From NCBI GenBank assembly GCA_951406725.2, contig OX597822.1, positions 36,766,001-36,830,000 on the forward strand: DNA of 64,000 nt. Reading direction: 5' to 3'. Position 1 is the first letter of the stretch. Each line of letters opens with the position of its first letter. The notes under the pieces were generated by a model. That model made no database searches. It had not been told where the DNA came from and saw only the letters and a program-made list of their open reading frames with translations. Source of the stretch: Octopus vulgaris (lineage: Eukaryota). A program made the translations under genes and the position numbers. Positions 39,020 through 53,058 of this stretch are shown here, one piece after another.

Positions 39020-40250
39020 TGAATGCAATGCAGTTTTAGCTTATGCCTAGATGAAGCACTATCAATGTTCTGGTTGTGAAAACAACAGCAGAAATTTGTA
39101 GCTCAGAGCAAGCCATAATATCTTGTTTCCATTGATTGAGAGAATGCTTTTCTTTGATGTACCAAGCTGTCTATGATTTCATTGTGGTTAAAAACTATGT
39201 ATGTGAATGGCTTGTAAGAATCCATATACAGAGAACCCATCAGCGAGGTGAAGCTTAACACTGAGTTCAGTTAGGAATTCAGCATGCAGGTAGGTGTCCA
39301 TTTGGACTCATTTCTCAGCTCCTTTTTATGTATTATAGTTCTCAAGTTCATTAGAGAGGAGTCTGAGACTGGCTATCGAAGGGAACTCCTGCATATCAAT
39401 AACCTAGTTCTTATAGCTGAATATGCCAAAGAATTTGAGGAAGAAATTCCAGATGAGAAAGCATAACCTTAAATCAAGAGGCCTTAAAGTAAATCTACGA
39501 GAAAGTAAGAATTCCATATGGTTTACCCAATGTAAACACCAATGGCAAGAGGCAAAGTAAGATCACAGAAAGAATTTAGAAGATGCATAGGAATAGTTAG
39601 CAGTATTTTGCCCCAATAAAATTAATCTTTTCAAAAGGTTGCAAGGCTTCCTTGAAGTAGCTGATAGCTTCTGGTACCTAGTTAACCGAATTAGCAGTGG
39701 AGATAGATGTACCAAAAGATAGAAGCCAGAGGAAGGATTTTATGGAAAAAGTTCAGGGAGTAACTACTTCTACTGACAACATAAGTATTCCTTCTCAGGG
39801 TAAAGCACAGATTGTATGTTTGTGTGCCTAATTAATAGGCAGCAAATCATGAGCAATAAATTAAGAAACTATGCAAAGGCTTTAAAGAAATAAAGCAAGC
39901 ATAATCTGTTGGATGTGTAATATTAGCATGTATGAAGCACAAATGAACTAAAAGTAAGATTTGGCATACGAGGAATCAGATGCACCATACAAGAGAGAGA
40001 GAGAGAGAAGAGTGCACTGGTAGGAATATGTGATGTTTATGGTACAGCTAGGTAAATAAGAACATGCAATCTAAATGGAAGAAACCTGCAAGAGAGGATA
40101 CCAAAGAAGGTCACAGGAAGAAAATATGTGCGGAAGCTGACTCAAGTGGTTGAACCTCATGAAGGAAATGGCAAAGAACTACAACAAACGGCAAGATGAT
40201 ATACTGAAGAAGATCTGTCCAACCAATATAATCTGTTTTTGAAACAGAAA
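39020..40250 (+). mobile_element. Older RTE-clade LINE fragment
   Basis: MQVGVHLDSFLSSFLCIIVL...ELLHINNLVLIAE, similar to the 35.4-37.3 kb copy. Confidence 0.75.
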
Positions 40251-40942
40251 TTGCTCTTAAGGGGATTCTTTCAAACTGAATTACTGAAGGTAAAAGAAAA
40301 AAAATGGACAAATCTTGTTTCAATTTTCCTCTGTAAGGGTCAAAACACATATTTCAATGATCCAGACTACATAGCTATAGATAGCTACAAGGGCTGGTAC
40401 ACTTCATAATTGTAGCACCAGCAGATGTACTGTTTAGCTGGCAATGCTATATTGATCTTATGTTTTGGGAAAAAAACAAGGGAAAAATCACACAAACGAT
40501 CTTTCTGGAAGGAGAAATCCTGATGACCTTCTAGTTATACAATGTATTAAGGGACACTGGTTAGTTTTCTATCTGTTAATTGCTTGGTTTTATTACATAA
40601 CACCTCCCAGAGCACATGAACCAATTAATACTATGTAAGAATAAAGCCTTACTATGTAATAATGTTCATTTAAAGTGACTATATGAATCTGACAACTAAC
40701 TTTGTGTGATTCAGGCAATGATGAAGCTGAATGAGAATCAACTAATTCAGTTATCGCACCTGCATATTCTCTCTCATCATTATAACACCAAAATTATATT
40801 ACAACGAAAAAAAAAACTTTTATCTAGAATTAATTTTGCTATAGTTGGAAAATTAACTATTAAGTATGAGTGATGAGAATCAGAAAAGCTTAGCTTAATT
40901 ACTAATATTCTTTTAATCATTTCAGCGAGTATGGGAAAGAAC

Positions 40943-40971
40943 TTCAGACATGTTTTGATCTCCTCAGTGAA
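40943..40971 (-). ncRNA. Very short degenerate hammerhead motif
   Basis: Minus strand TTCA-CTGAGGA-GATC-AAAA-CATG-TC-TGAA (G12 changed to A). Diverged inverted partner near 41415-41460. Confidence 0.5.
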
Positions 40972-41914
40972 ATATAAACTTCTTCATACTTATCAGTATG
41001 ATTACAGTAATGTACCATGACAAGTTGTAGAATATTTGCCTAATTACAAAGAAATTACTTAAGTTAATTACACACAGATGCTATCTACTTACTAGATATT
41101 ATGCTAACTTCCTATTCTCTCTCCACTCCATAAGTATATTTCTAATTAGATTTATGATGTTCTGAATGAAATATGTCCACCCACCTGCTTAACAGTCAAG
41201 TTACAGACTGTAATACATAATGCAATGAGGAACAAAGGTCTAATTAATCAATAGTACTTAAAGCAATAAGAAGAAAACATTAACTTTCTGACTAATATTA
41301 ATTAATTTTCATGTGAATGGTGTCTGTGGGCTTATGATAAGTAGACTAGTGGTTACTTGTATACATTATTATACATTATTATAGTGATTCTCAAATAAGT
41401 AATCTGGTAGGTACGTATGTTTCACTGAAGAGATCTAATAAAACTGAAACACATCCTAAGTTGTCCCCCTTACTTCCTAAGATCAGGTTAAATCAATATC
41501 AGTCATCAAGCTATTATTTTCTTCTCATAAGCATTAAGCATTACTAATGCAACACAACTAAATGACATGCACTCTAGATTTAACTCCTAATTCTTTGACT
41601 AACAGATCCATATGTGTCATAAACTCAATATTTAAAATAAATAGTAAAACAATTCTATATGGAATCGACAAAGTACAACAGAGTTATCTCCCATGCACAG
41701 ATTTTTTTCTTTTTGTTCATTATTTTGAATTTTGAATATTTTACAATTTAATCTCATTGCTATTGTACTTGTTTCATGAGTTTATTACCAAAATTATTAT
41801 CATCAATATTTAATTTGCCTTTAAATTGAAATAAATAAATTTGTAAAATTATAAACTTTTCTAAAGCTTTTAATTTATAAAAAGTAAAATTTTCTGAATT
41901 ATTTTGATTTTTAG

Positions 41915-42073
41915 GTGGAGTTTTACCGAAATGAAGAATTTAAAACTGACGAAGGAATTACTTATTATAAATCTGGGATAAAATTGGATGGTGTTGAATT
42001 CAAGAAAATAGGATATAGCCAAGGTGTTGATATTGAGCCTCAATTCTTCCTTGGTGGAACCAAAGAAAACATT
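41915..42073 (+). CDS. Exon 4 of secreted LamG-domain protein; VEFYRNEEFKTDEGITYYKSGIKLDGVEFKKIGYSQGVDIEPQFFLGGTKENI
   Basis: Acceptor ttttgatttttAG, donor GTATGT, 159 nt (phase 0-0). LamG motifs H-x-V-x-F-x-R (across the junction), L-D-G and F-L-G-G. Confidence 0.9.
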
Positions 42074-43024
42074 GTATGTGGTTTTTGTCGTTAATCTTAA
42101 TGTTTTGTACATCTGACCATTTGACATTTATTATTAGTATTTTATTATTATTTTATTTGTATTTATTAGTATTTTATTATTAGTTCATCCATCATTGTCG
42201 ACAATGACCAAATGACCATGAAAGAAGATGGGTCGCAGTGTGTCTGGCTGTGGCTGATCAGTCCAATGCATGCTCAAAAAGCTCAGCCACTGGTCAGGCA
42301 TTGACAGTCTACTGGGACTGAAGCAAGGAGTTGTCTCTAGTCTTTTTTGTGCCCCTGCAATCTTGTTCTGTTCATAGGGGGTAGCACTTCTGTTAGTGCA
42401 GCTTCACCAGCTAGAGTGGTCTTGTGCTTGACATATGAATGAGAGCAATCACTAATATCATGTCTCCTGTACCCTTGGGATATCTATTCAACCTACAAAC
42501 AGGACTCTGACAGGTACTACCATCCTGATTCAAAACAGACCAAGGAGTAATGGTAATTAAGGGGTGACTCAATGCTCCCCGTGACTTCAGAACTTCCGAG
42601 CTGGAGTAAACAGTGTTGTTTTGCTTATGTCCTTGTAACTTAGCAGTTTGACATAAGAGACTGATAGAATAAGTACCAAGCTTTAAAAGAAATATACTGG
42701 GGTTGAATTGTCTGACTAAAACTGCTCTAAGCATTGATGCAGTTGAATGACTGAAACAAGTAAAAGACTGAAACTGCATGAGTTGTTGATTGGTTATGGA
42801 CGTGAAGTTGAATGTAATTGAGACAAAACACTGTTCCAACACGATTTTATTTATGTCACACAAGTCATACTAAGATTGGTCACAAATGACAACAATCTCT
42901 ACATAGAAGGAATGAGATGTAAGAAACATAATACAACATGCACAATAGCTGGATACAAGAGTGGAGCACAAGAGCTGAATTAAGCACAGGAATGCATATA
43001 TGTGTTGCATCATATCTACCATCA

Positions 43025-43550
<526 letters not shown>

Positions 43551-43748
43551 ATATAACACATATCAGGTTGAGCATGTAGTCATTCGAATGACTATTTGAG
43601 AAGGAGTGTGTGTATTGGACAGCCACTTTGCATACACTAGCCACTCATTATATTTTTATTTGCTTTTCTAAATTCTTTTTTTTTTTTTAGACTTGTATAA
43701 ATTATTAACAAACCTCAAACAAACTTTACTCTTTTTCTTTTCTTCCAG

Positions 43749-43865
43749 ACAACAGAGGTTCCGAAATTCAAAGGGATAATTAAAAATTTCATTGAAGAGA
43801 CAACTGGTCAAATATTTGAAAAAGCCACATTTGAGCAAGATATACAAGCTTGTGAGAAATCATAA
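43749..43865 (+). CDS. Exon 5 (last coding) of secreted LamG-domain protein; TTEVPKFKGIIKNFIEETTGQIFEKATFEQDIQACEKS*
   Basis: Long polypyrimidine tract plus CAG acceptor, phase 0, 117 nt ending in TAA. F-x-G-x-I-x-N LamG terminal strand and a C-terminal Cys. Confidence 0.88.
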   Translation, partial: TTEVPKFKGIIKNFIEETTGQIFEKATFEQDIQACEKS

Positions 43866-44239
43866 GAAAACTTTATGATGAAAGGGGAAAATATCTTGCC
43901 TGAAAAATACATTTATCTCCATTCACTGACACAAAGTTCAGTTTTAATGATTCAGGACTCAAATCATCATCTATTTTCAAACTACACTTTTGTAATTCTC
44001 TCTTCTCTACTATTACCATAACTTCACTCCGGATTAACACATTAACATATTCATCTTTCAAGCATGCAAAACAGGGACCCATAGCAGTCACTTATTTTGG
44101 TTTTATTTTCCTAAAAATTGACTGGTTTGAAACAAAAAAATAATAATGATAGTAACAACAGCAACAACAACGACAACAACAACAATAATGATTTTATATT
44201 TTGGTAAAAAGGAAGCTGAAAATACATTTAACTGCTAAT

Positions 44240-44275
<36 letters not shown>

Positions 44276-44326
44276 TACACACACATATATAAATATATAC
44301 ATTTTATGTGTGTATGTGTACATATG

Positions 44327-44381
<55 letters not shown>

Positions 44382-45197
44382 ACATACATATACACATATA
44401 CATATATACACATATACAGATATATACATATATTTATATATATATATATATATATCATATGTTTCTTTTTATATCAAATTATATATAAAAAGAATTTAAC
44501 TTTAAACTGAAGAATTACTCAATACTTTTTATTAGAGTACGTATTTGTTATACTTTTACAAGAAGGGGAGAGACAGTGTCTAAGCCTCCATCTGACAGTC
44601 TGACAAGGTTAGCAGGCCAAAACTTCGAAGTCACTATCATCCTTCTTCATGCAAAAGTTAATAAGCAATTCAAATATGTAATGCTGTACCAAAGATTTTC
44701 TATTTCCAATTCTACTATTCTACTATACATATATGTATACATATATATACACATACATACATACATACATACAAAGATATATATATATGCGTATGCATAT
44801 ACACACAGGTACACACATCTGCACTCACACATACATACAAACACACATATTTATATACATACATATAATATATATATGTACGTGTAGTATGCATGTATGT
44901 ATTTATGACTTAGGTCGTAATACAATGATCCAATATGGCCTTATTTGTAATGGCTAAAATCAACTAACGAATTAAAGAATCTGTTTGTAGGATATGTGAT
45001 ACCAAGAGAGTAATCATTGAAAAGGAAAGTGAGAGGTGGGAGGTGGGTATAAAGCAGTAGCACACTGACAAGTGTTTCTATTAACATAATGAACCTTGAT
45101 TTTTATGGCCTCTTGTTGGGCAATCATGTTTATAAAGGTAAATTTAGTCCTTGCACCAATTTGTTGGTTTCAGCTGATCCACATTTTGTGATGTATC

Positions 45198-45948
<751 letters not shown>

Positions 45949-45981
45949 TTTAAATACTTTTGTAAAAATTGCTTGATACAA

Positions 45982-46930
45982 TTATAATGATTAGAAAAAG
46001 ATTCTTTTAAAAGTTATTAACTTAATTAACAAAACCTTTGTAGAAGAATTTTTCATATACTATTTATATCTAGTGTGTATTTTGTGTATAAGCACTTTCA
46101 TTTTTCAACTTTACAAACACTTATGTTCTGGACTAATACATGAATAAGAACCACAACAGCTTACATTCATCCATGTGATACCTCCTGACAATTTTACAAC
46201 AATTGTCAAATCTCCAACGAATAATTTTCTTTAAAATCATAAATCATCAACAGCCAAAGACAACCACCAGATCTCAAGAGAACTCTAACAGATGAGAGAT
46301 TTACATCAGAGAAAGAAATAATATGTGTAACAAACTGTGGAAACCCTCGTTGTGGAACATGTGAAATAATTGAGCAAGGAAAAAACAAAAGGTTCAAGAA
46401 TGGGAAGGAATCAAAAGTGAGTGCAAACATGAATTGCATGACAAAAAAATCTCATTTACTGCATCACATGCTCAAAATGCAATGAGAATTACATTAGAGA
46501 AACAGGGATTAAACTAACCAGTCATGTAAATATGGATAAACAACAAATTGAAGGGTCATCTCTTAGTAAATATCCATGTAGTAAATATCTAGACATCTGT
46601 GCAAATGGAAAATTTAAAATATTACCATTTTTACAATATAAACAATGAAAATGATCAACTATGAAAGGCAAAAGAAGAATACTTCATAAGAGTTCTAAAT
46701 CTAAAACTAAACTGGAAATAGTCAACATTTGATACAGAAAACATTGCTTCTTCTTTAAGCATTAGCCCAGAACACATACATTTGAAACATTGAAAGCTAA
46801 AGCACTTACACACACAGTATACACATAAGATATTATATACAAACTTTTTCCACAAAGGTTAGTGACATTCTGATAAATAAAGGAATTCTTATAAATAGTT
46901 AATAACTTTTGGATAATCTTTTTCTAATTA
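45982..46930 (+). mobile_element. Neptune-type Penelope-like element 3' part with diverged inverted ends
   Basis: RQPPDLKRTL, CGNPRCGTC, NLIYCITCSKCNENYIRETG (GIY-YIG); 45985-46090 is inverted versus about 46820-46930. Confidence 0.85.
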
Positions 46931-47011
46931 TATACATTTATATATATGTGTGGATCGTTGGCAATTTTTTTCCTCTGCCTTCCTTTTCTCTTGGACTTTC
47001 CTGTGTCTCCT

Positions 47012-47045
47012 GTTTCTGAAGAAGAGCTTTCTTGAAATGTAAAAC
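47012..47045 (+). ncRNA. Degenerate minimal hammerhead motif in PLE-like repeat (about 46945-47150)
   Basis: GTTT-CTGAAGA-AGAGCTTTCTT-GAAA-TG-TA-AAAC; same family as the 3589 and 58922 motifs. Confidence 0.6.
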
Positions 47046-47167
47046 TACCTTTCTTTCTTTCCCTGAGCTTCTGCTAATACTTTGCATGTACCACGTCCTC
47101 ATGTTGTTGTTTTTCTTGTTGCGTTTTTCTTTCTTTTTTTTTTTGATTAACTATGTATGTGTATGAG

Positions 47168-47441
47168 GAGCACGAAGGCCAGTCAGGCGGTACTGGCAAT
47201 GGCTACGCTCAAATTCTGTTTTTTTATGTGTCACCTGCACAGGAGCCAGTCCAGCGACACTGGCAACGACCTCACTCGAATGGTTTTCACGTGCCACCAG
47301 CACAAGTGCTAGTAAGGCAATGCAGGTAACGATCATGCTCGAATGGTGTTTTTTACGTGCCACCAGCATGGAGGCCAACTTGTTGCTCTGGCAATGATCA
47401 CACTCATATGGTACTCTTAGCGCTCCACTAGCATGGATGCC
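47168..47441 (+). repeat. Diverged tandem repeat of about 63-66 bp, about 4 units
   Basis: GCA(C/T).....GCCA....CTGGCAA....CTC(G/A)AAT.....GTGCCACC periodicity. Confidence 0.8.
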
Positions 47442-47465
47442 AATATATATATATGTGTATATATA

Positions 47466-47522
<57 letters not shown>

Positions 47523-47688
47523 ATGTGTGTGTGTGTATATATGTATATGTATATCATCATCATCATCGTTTAACGTCCGTTTTCCATGCTAGCATGGGTT
47601 GGACGGCTCGACCAGGGTCTGGGAACCGTCCGACCCATGCTAGCATGGAAAACGGATGCTAAACGAGGATGATGATAATATACATATA

Positions 47689-47811
<123 letters not shown>

Positions 47812-48506
47812 ATACATTTAAAAATTTTTAGATGCATTAAAATATCATTTTTACTTCAAATTGACCATCTATGTATTATTTAGTTATTTTGAAGCTATTT
47901 TCTTAAATATTAAAATATTCAGGCATATGTCCATTTGAAAATGTTTATCACCTTTTCATTTACCAATATTTTGAATTTTAAATATTTTTTTTAAAAACCT
48001 TGTTCCATAGCAGTAATAGATACTTATCAAGTTTAATACTAACTTTATTTCCATCAAAATATATTTTCTATTTACCTTGAGTTTTGGCAGACATTGCATC
48101 AGAACTAGCAGTGATTACGTAACCAAGACCTCAGGATGAAGACTAGTTCTTCAATATTCTCCTAAGAAATTTAAATATAGGCACAACCCAATGAAATATG
48201 TTCTCTATTAATTCTGCCCTTTCAGCCACAAATTCTTAAGAATATTGAAATTTCATATTTCTAGGAGTGAGTGAGTCTGTGTTATGGTTTTCAGTGCCTC
48301 CGTTTTGACATCCACTGCACCCATTCAACATATGTATCTTGTTATTTAAATATGTCTACCTATTTCTGTATACTCACCAGACATATACATACAAGCTAAG
48401 GCAACAATATATATTTGTAAATTCCTACTGCACACACTCCCATCTCATACACACACACTCCTACATGCTCATACATATACATATATCTATATACATACAC
48501 ACATAG

Positions 48507-48559
<53 letters not shown>

Positions 48560-48589
48560 TAGATACACACACACACATGTTTGTGTATC

Positions 48590-48635
<46 letters not shown>

Positions 48636-49011
48636 TTTACATATATATACATAGATAGATACAACATATATGTATCTTTATACATATGTATACACATACA
48701 CACACACATATGTATATATGTATGAATATATCTATGTATATATTTATGTATGCATGTATGTATGTATGTGTGTATGTAAGTATGTATGTATGTATGTATG
48801 TATATATGTATGTATGTATGCAAGTATATATGTATATATGTATTTATGTACGTATGTGTGTATGTCTGTATGTTTGTATGTATGTATGCATGCAAAAGCC
48901 TCATAAAGCTGTTATATAAAATGTGTTTACCATCAATATTTATTCTCTAGAAGTCTATTTACTCAAGTGTTTATTTTGTTGTTGAATATTTTTAATTATT
49001 TTTCTCTCCTT

Positions 49012-49014
<3 letters not shown>

Positions 49015-49048
<34 letters not shown>

Positions 49049-49350
49049 ACTTTATCTCTCTCTTTATCTCTCCTTATCTCTCATATTCTCTGCTATTCTT
49101 TCAGTCTCACTCTTCCACACTTTCTCTCTCTCTTTCTCTTGCTCTTTCTCTCTCCTACTTTCAGTCTCTTTTCTTCTCTCTTTGTCTTTCTCTCTCTCAC
49201 AATCTCCCTATATCTCACTCTCACTCTCTATCTCTCACTGTCTCTCACCTTTTCTCTCACACTCTCTATCCATCTCTCTCCTTCTCTTTCCCCATCTCTC
49301 TCTCTCACATACTTTCTCCGTCTCTCTACCTCTCTCTCTCTCCCCATCCC
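49015..49350. repeat. CT-rich low-complexity tract
   Basis: Direct observation. Confidence 0.95.
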
Positions 49351-49806
49351 CCTCTGTATCTATCCACCTATCTATTAAACACCTTTCACTTCCATCTTTC
49401 CATTATCCCATCCCTACTCCATCTTGCATGTTTTCTTTCTCTTCAACTCACAGCTTTCATCTTCCACTTCACAGTACATCTTAATCCCTGCCAGACTCTG
49501 TAAAATATTTCCATTTCCATAACGACACACCTTAAATAAAAGCAAAATAGTTACACAAAAGAAGATACACTCAAAATAACCTGGAAGTTTATCATATTAG
49601 AAAATTAAACTACAATCCTAAACAAGGATTACATGATAATTTAAATTAAACAGTTTGATTGAAATTTTAATGATTTTAATGTCAGAATATTAGTATATGG
49701 TTGAACTGGCTCCCAGCCTTTTTTTGCCTATGGACCCCTATTGATTCCTATTTTATTCTACAGGACTCTCACATCTAAAAAAATCCTATTGTATTTTCAT
49801 GATTAA

Positions 49807-49983
49807 CCCTTTAGCATTCAAATTACTATGTCAAATATAATGCTTATTTATTCAAATAGTTTTGAATTCATTGTGCATTATCTCGACATTGCAGGGTATG
49901 TATGAGAGGCCAAATCTGGCAGGTTTGAACTTAAAACAGGTATAATATTTAGGCTGGATATGACCTGTTTAAATGCAAAAGAG
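49807..49983. mobile_element. piggyBac-like MITE
   Basis: TTAA flanks; termini CCCTTTAGCATTCAAA / TTTAAATGCAAAAGAG. Confidence 0.7.
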
Positions 49984-49994
49984 TTAAATATTTA

Positions 49995-50405
49995 CTCTAT
50001 TTTACTCTTTTACTTGTTTCAGTCATTTGACTGTGGCCATGCAGGAGCACCGCCTTTAGTTGCGCAAATCAACCCCAGAGCTTATTCTTTGTAAGCCTAG
50101 TACTTGTTCTATCGGTCTCTTATGCCAAACCGCTAAGTTACGAGAATGTAAACAGCATCAGTTGTCAAGCAATGTTGGGAGGACAAACATAGACACACAA
50201 AAATATACACACACATATATATACATACATATATACATATACGACAGGGGTCTTCCAGTTTCCATCTACCAGATCCACTCACAAGGCTTTAGTCGGCCCG
50301 AGGCTATAATAGAAGACACTTGCCTGAGGTGCCACACAGTGGGATTGAACCCGGGACCATGTGGTTGGTAAGCAAGCTACTTACCACACAGCCACTCTTG
50401 CGCCT
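49995..50405 (-). mobile_element. SINE family B
   Basis: Reverse-complement full copy. Confidence 0.9.
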
Positions 50406-50936
50406 ACTACATAGTGTACTACGTAGTGTTAAAAATTGTATTAAAAAAATTGTTAAAATATTTTATGCATTGTAAAAATATAAACAATTCATTGCACGTA
50501 AACTTTAACAACAAAATCATACATAGACCCATTCCTCAAGGGTCATACGGACCCAGTTAAGAACCACTGAATTAGAATATTCCAATTCTTCATTACTAAA
50601 CAGAGGTTAATGTAATGGAATAGTCCATTACTTAGGTGCAGGTAAAATACTGAAATGGTATATTATACCATCTGGTAACAGTTACATAAGTAAAATTCTC
50701 ATGTATCGTAACACCTGGTTGTTGTACTTCACTAAAGAGATGTTCTCTATAGATTCAGACAAATCTTCCTTTCAGAATAAAAAAAATATGATGTATAATT
50801 AATCTTTATGGTAAAGTTTTAAATAAATCCAAATATGAATGCTTTTGTTGTTGTTTTTCTTGCAATTTCATTGTTTTGTTTTTGTTTCTTTTTTTGTAAT
50901 TTGATTTATTTATAAAAATAATAATGAAATTATTGT

Positions 50937-51380
50937 ATACAGTGCTCAGGTGCACCACAACTTATCAAAAGTGCATATAAAGCATGTGCCTTAATATACA
51001 AATGTCTGGGAAGTGAATAGTGTATGAGTCAGATACATGCTTGCATGTGTATGGAGAGAGAAAACCAGGTGTAGTGTTGGCGAATTTCAGGAAGCATGAA
51101 AGTTTTGAAGGACGCAGTGCTCCAACAACTAATGGGCAGTCTGTTCCATGATTCAGCAACTCTAAGCATGAAAAAATGTTTCCAAAAGTCATGGGAGCTG
51201 TGCTGTTTTCTGACTTTGTAAACATGTCCACAGGTGTTAGACAGGTGGAGTTTGAAAAGGTGCTCAGAGTTATTGTTGGTAAGATAGTTGATAATTTTAT
51301 GGGTGTCTGCCAAGTCAGCTGCCAGACGTCGGAGTTTCAATGTATCGATGCCCAGGGAAGTAAGGTGTTCAGAATATGGC
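50937..51380 (-). mobile_element. CR1-clade LINE 3' end
   Basis: YSEHLTSLGIDTLKLRRLAADL...FFMLRVAESWNRLP. Confidence 0.85.
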
Positions 51381-51554
51381 ATGTATATGTATATGTATAT
51401 TATGTATATGTATATGTTATGTATATGCATATTACATTTATATATTGTAACTATACTTAATATTTTTACAGTATATTCATATAATTTGCTTTATTTCTGA
51501 TGATTTTTTCCAAATAAAATCCATACTTGAAAAGCAAAATCTAAGAAAATAGTT

Positions 51555-51820
51555 GTAGGAGGAGGTGTTGGCACTGGCGGCCATAGTGGTAGTGGTAGCA
51601 GTGGCAGGTGTATTGATGGTGGTGGCAGTGGTGGCAGCAGCAGCAGCTGTGGCAGAGGTGGCAACGATATCAACAATACCAATGATGATGTGATTATTTG
51701 AAGATGATGAGGATGATGATGATGATAACAGCTACAATGACAATGACAACAACAACAATTATGATGATGACAATGATGATTGTGATGATGATGATGACAG
51801 AGACAATGAAGAGGATGATC
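51555..51820. repeat. Degenerate trinucleotide tract (GGT/GCA/GAT/CAA)
   Basis: Direct observation. Confidence 0.9.
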
Positions 51821-51857
51821 CATAACCAAATAAAAATGAACAGATTTAATTTTCTCC

Positions 51858-52023
51858 AGGAGTGGCTGTGTGGTAAGTAGCTTGCTAACCAGCCACATGG
51901 TTCCGGGTTCAGTCCCACTGCGTGGCATCTTGGGCAAGTGTCTTCTGCTATAGCCCCGGGCCGACCAATGCCTTGTGAGTGGATTTGGTAGACGGAAACT
52001 GAAAGAAGCCTGTCGTATATATG

Positions 52024-52062
<39 letters not shown>

Positions 52063-52270
52063 TTGTGCGTCTGTGTTTGTCCCCCTAGCATTGCTTAACA
52101 ACCGATGCTGGTGTGTTTACATCCCCGTCACTTAGCGGTTCAGCAAAAGAGACCGATAGAATAAGTACTGGGCTTACAAAGAATAAGTCCCGGGGTCGAT
52201 TTGCTCGACTAAAGGCGGTGCTCCAGCATGGCCGCAGTCAATTGACTGAAACAAGTAAAAGAGTAAAGAG
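51858..52270 (+). mobile_element. SINE family B
   Basis: Full copy. Confidence 0.9.
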
Positions 52271-52658
52271 TAACAAATTCCTAATAGTATAGAACATGTA
52301 TAAATTTTAATATTAAAATTTATACAAATATATATTTAAGCTAATCTCTATTTAAATTTATGTAAATATAGAACACTTTTAATTTGGTAACTTCTAGACA
52401 TTACTGCTAATTATTTTAATGGAAAGATGAAAGGCAAAGCCTACTCCCATGTGATTTGAACCTACATCAATGAGGTAATGAACTAATTACAATAAACTAT
52501 TGACTGTGACATACTATTGCTCAGTCCATCCAATTATTGATGCTGTCTCATAAATATAATATGTTGTAATTGATGTTGTTTAGCATCAAATCAGCTCTGA
52601 TCCAGCTGACATGTGGACAAAAATGTACAGCTGTGACCATCCCATTATTTATTCAGAC

Positions 52659-52694
<36 letters not shown>

Positions 52695-53058
52695 AAGAGA
52701 GACAGAAAGATCAAAAGCGAGAGCAAGAAAGAGAGAGAGAGGGAAAGTAAAAGAGAGAGAGAGAGCAATAAAGGGAGAGAGAGGATGTAGACATACTTTT
52801 AGCATCCAGTCCACACTATAAAGTGGTTGGCATTTAGAAGGGCATCCAGCCATAAAAACCATGCTAAAACTGACCCCCACCCTGTGCTGGCACCATGTAA
52901 AAAGCACTCTGTGGCATGGTTGGTATTAGGAAGGGCATCCAGTCATAAAGACCCTGCCAACACAAATACAGTAGTCTTCTACCTGATCAGCTCCTGTCAA
53001 ATAATCCAACCCATGGACGTTGGATGTTAAAAGATGATAGTATATATATAAATTTATA

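Noticed and set aside
40248-40289. Possible 42-nt in-frame exon (KLLLRGFFQTELLK)
   Set aside because: The acceptor lies in the RTE tail remnant, and inclusion would interrupt the contiguous LamG motif HD/VEFYR.
41946-41952. CTGACGA in exon 4 and other isolated CTGANGA words (e.g. 2774-, 16349, 27690, 60374-)
   Set aside because: No properly placed GAAA or stems; chance matches.
41870-42127. Minus-strand ORF with vague GIY-YIG look (NVFFGSTKEEL)
   Set aside because: It is the antisense of LamG exon 4.
47168-47441. CRISPR-like repeat/spacer pattern
   Set aside because: Units are homologous along their whole length; this is a diverged tandem repeat.
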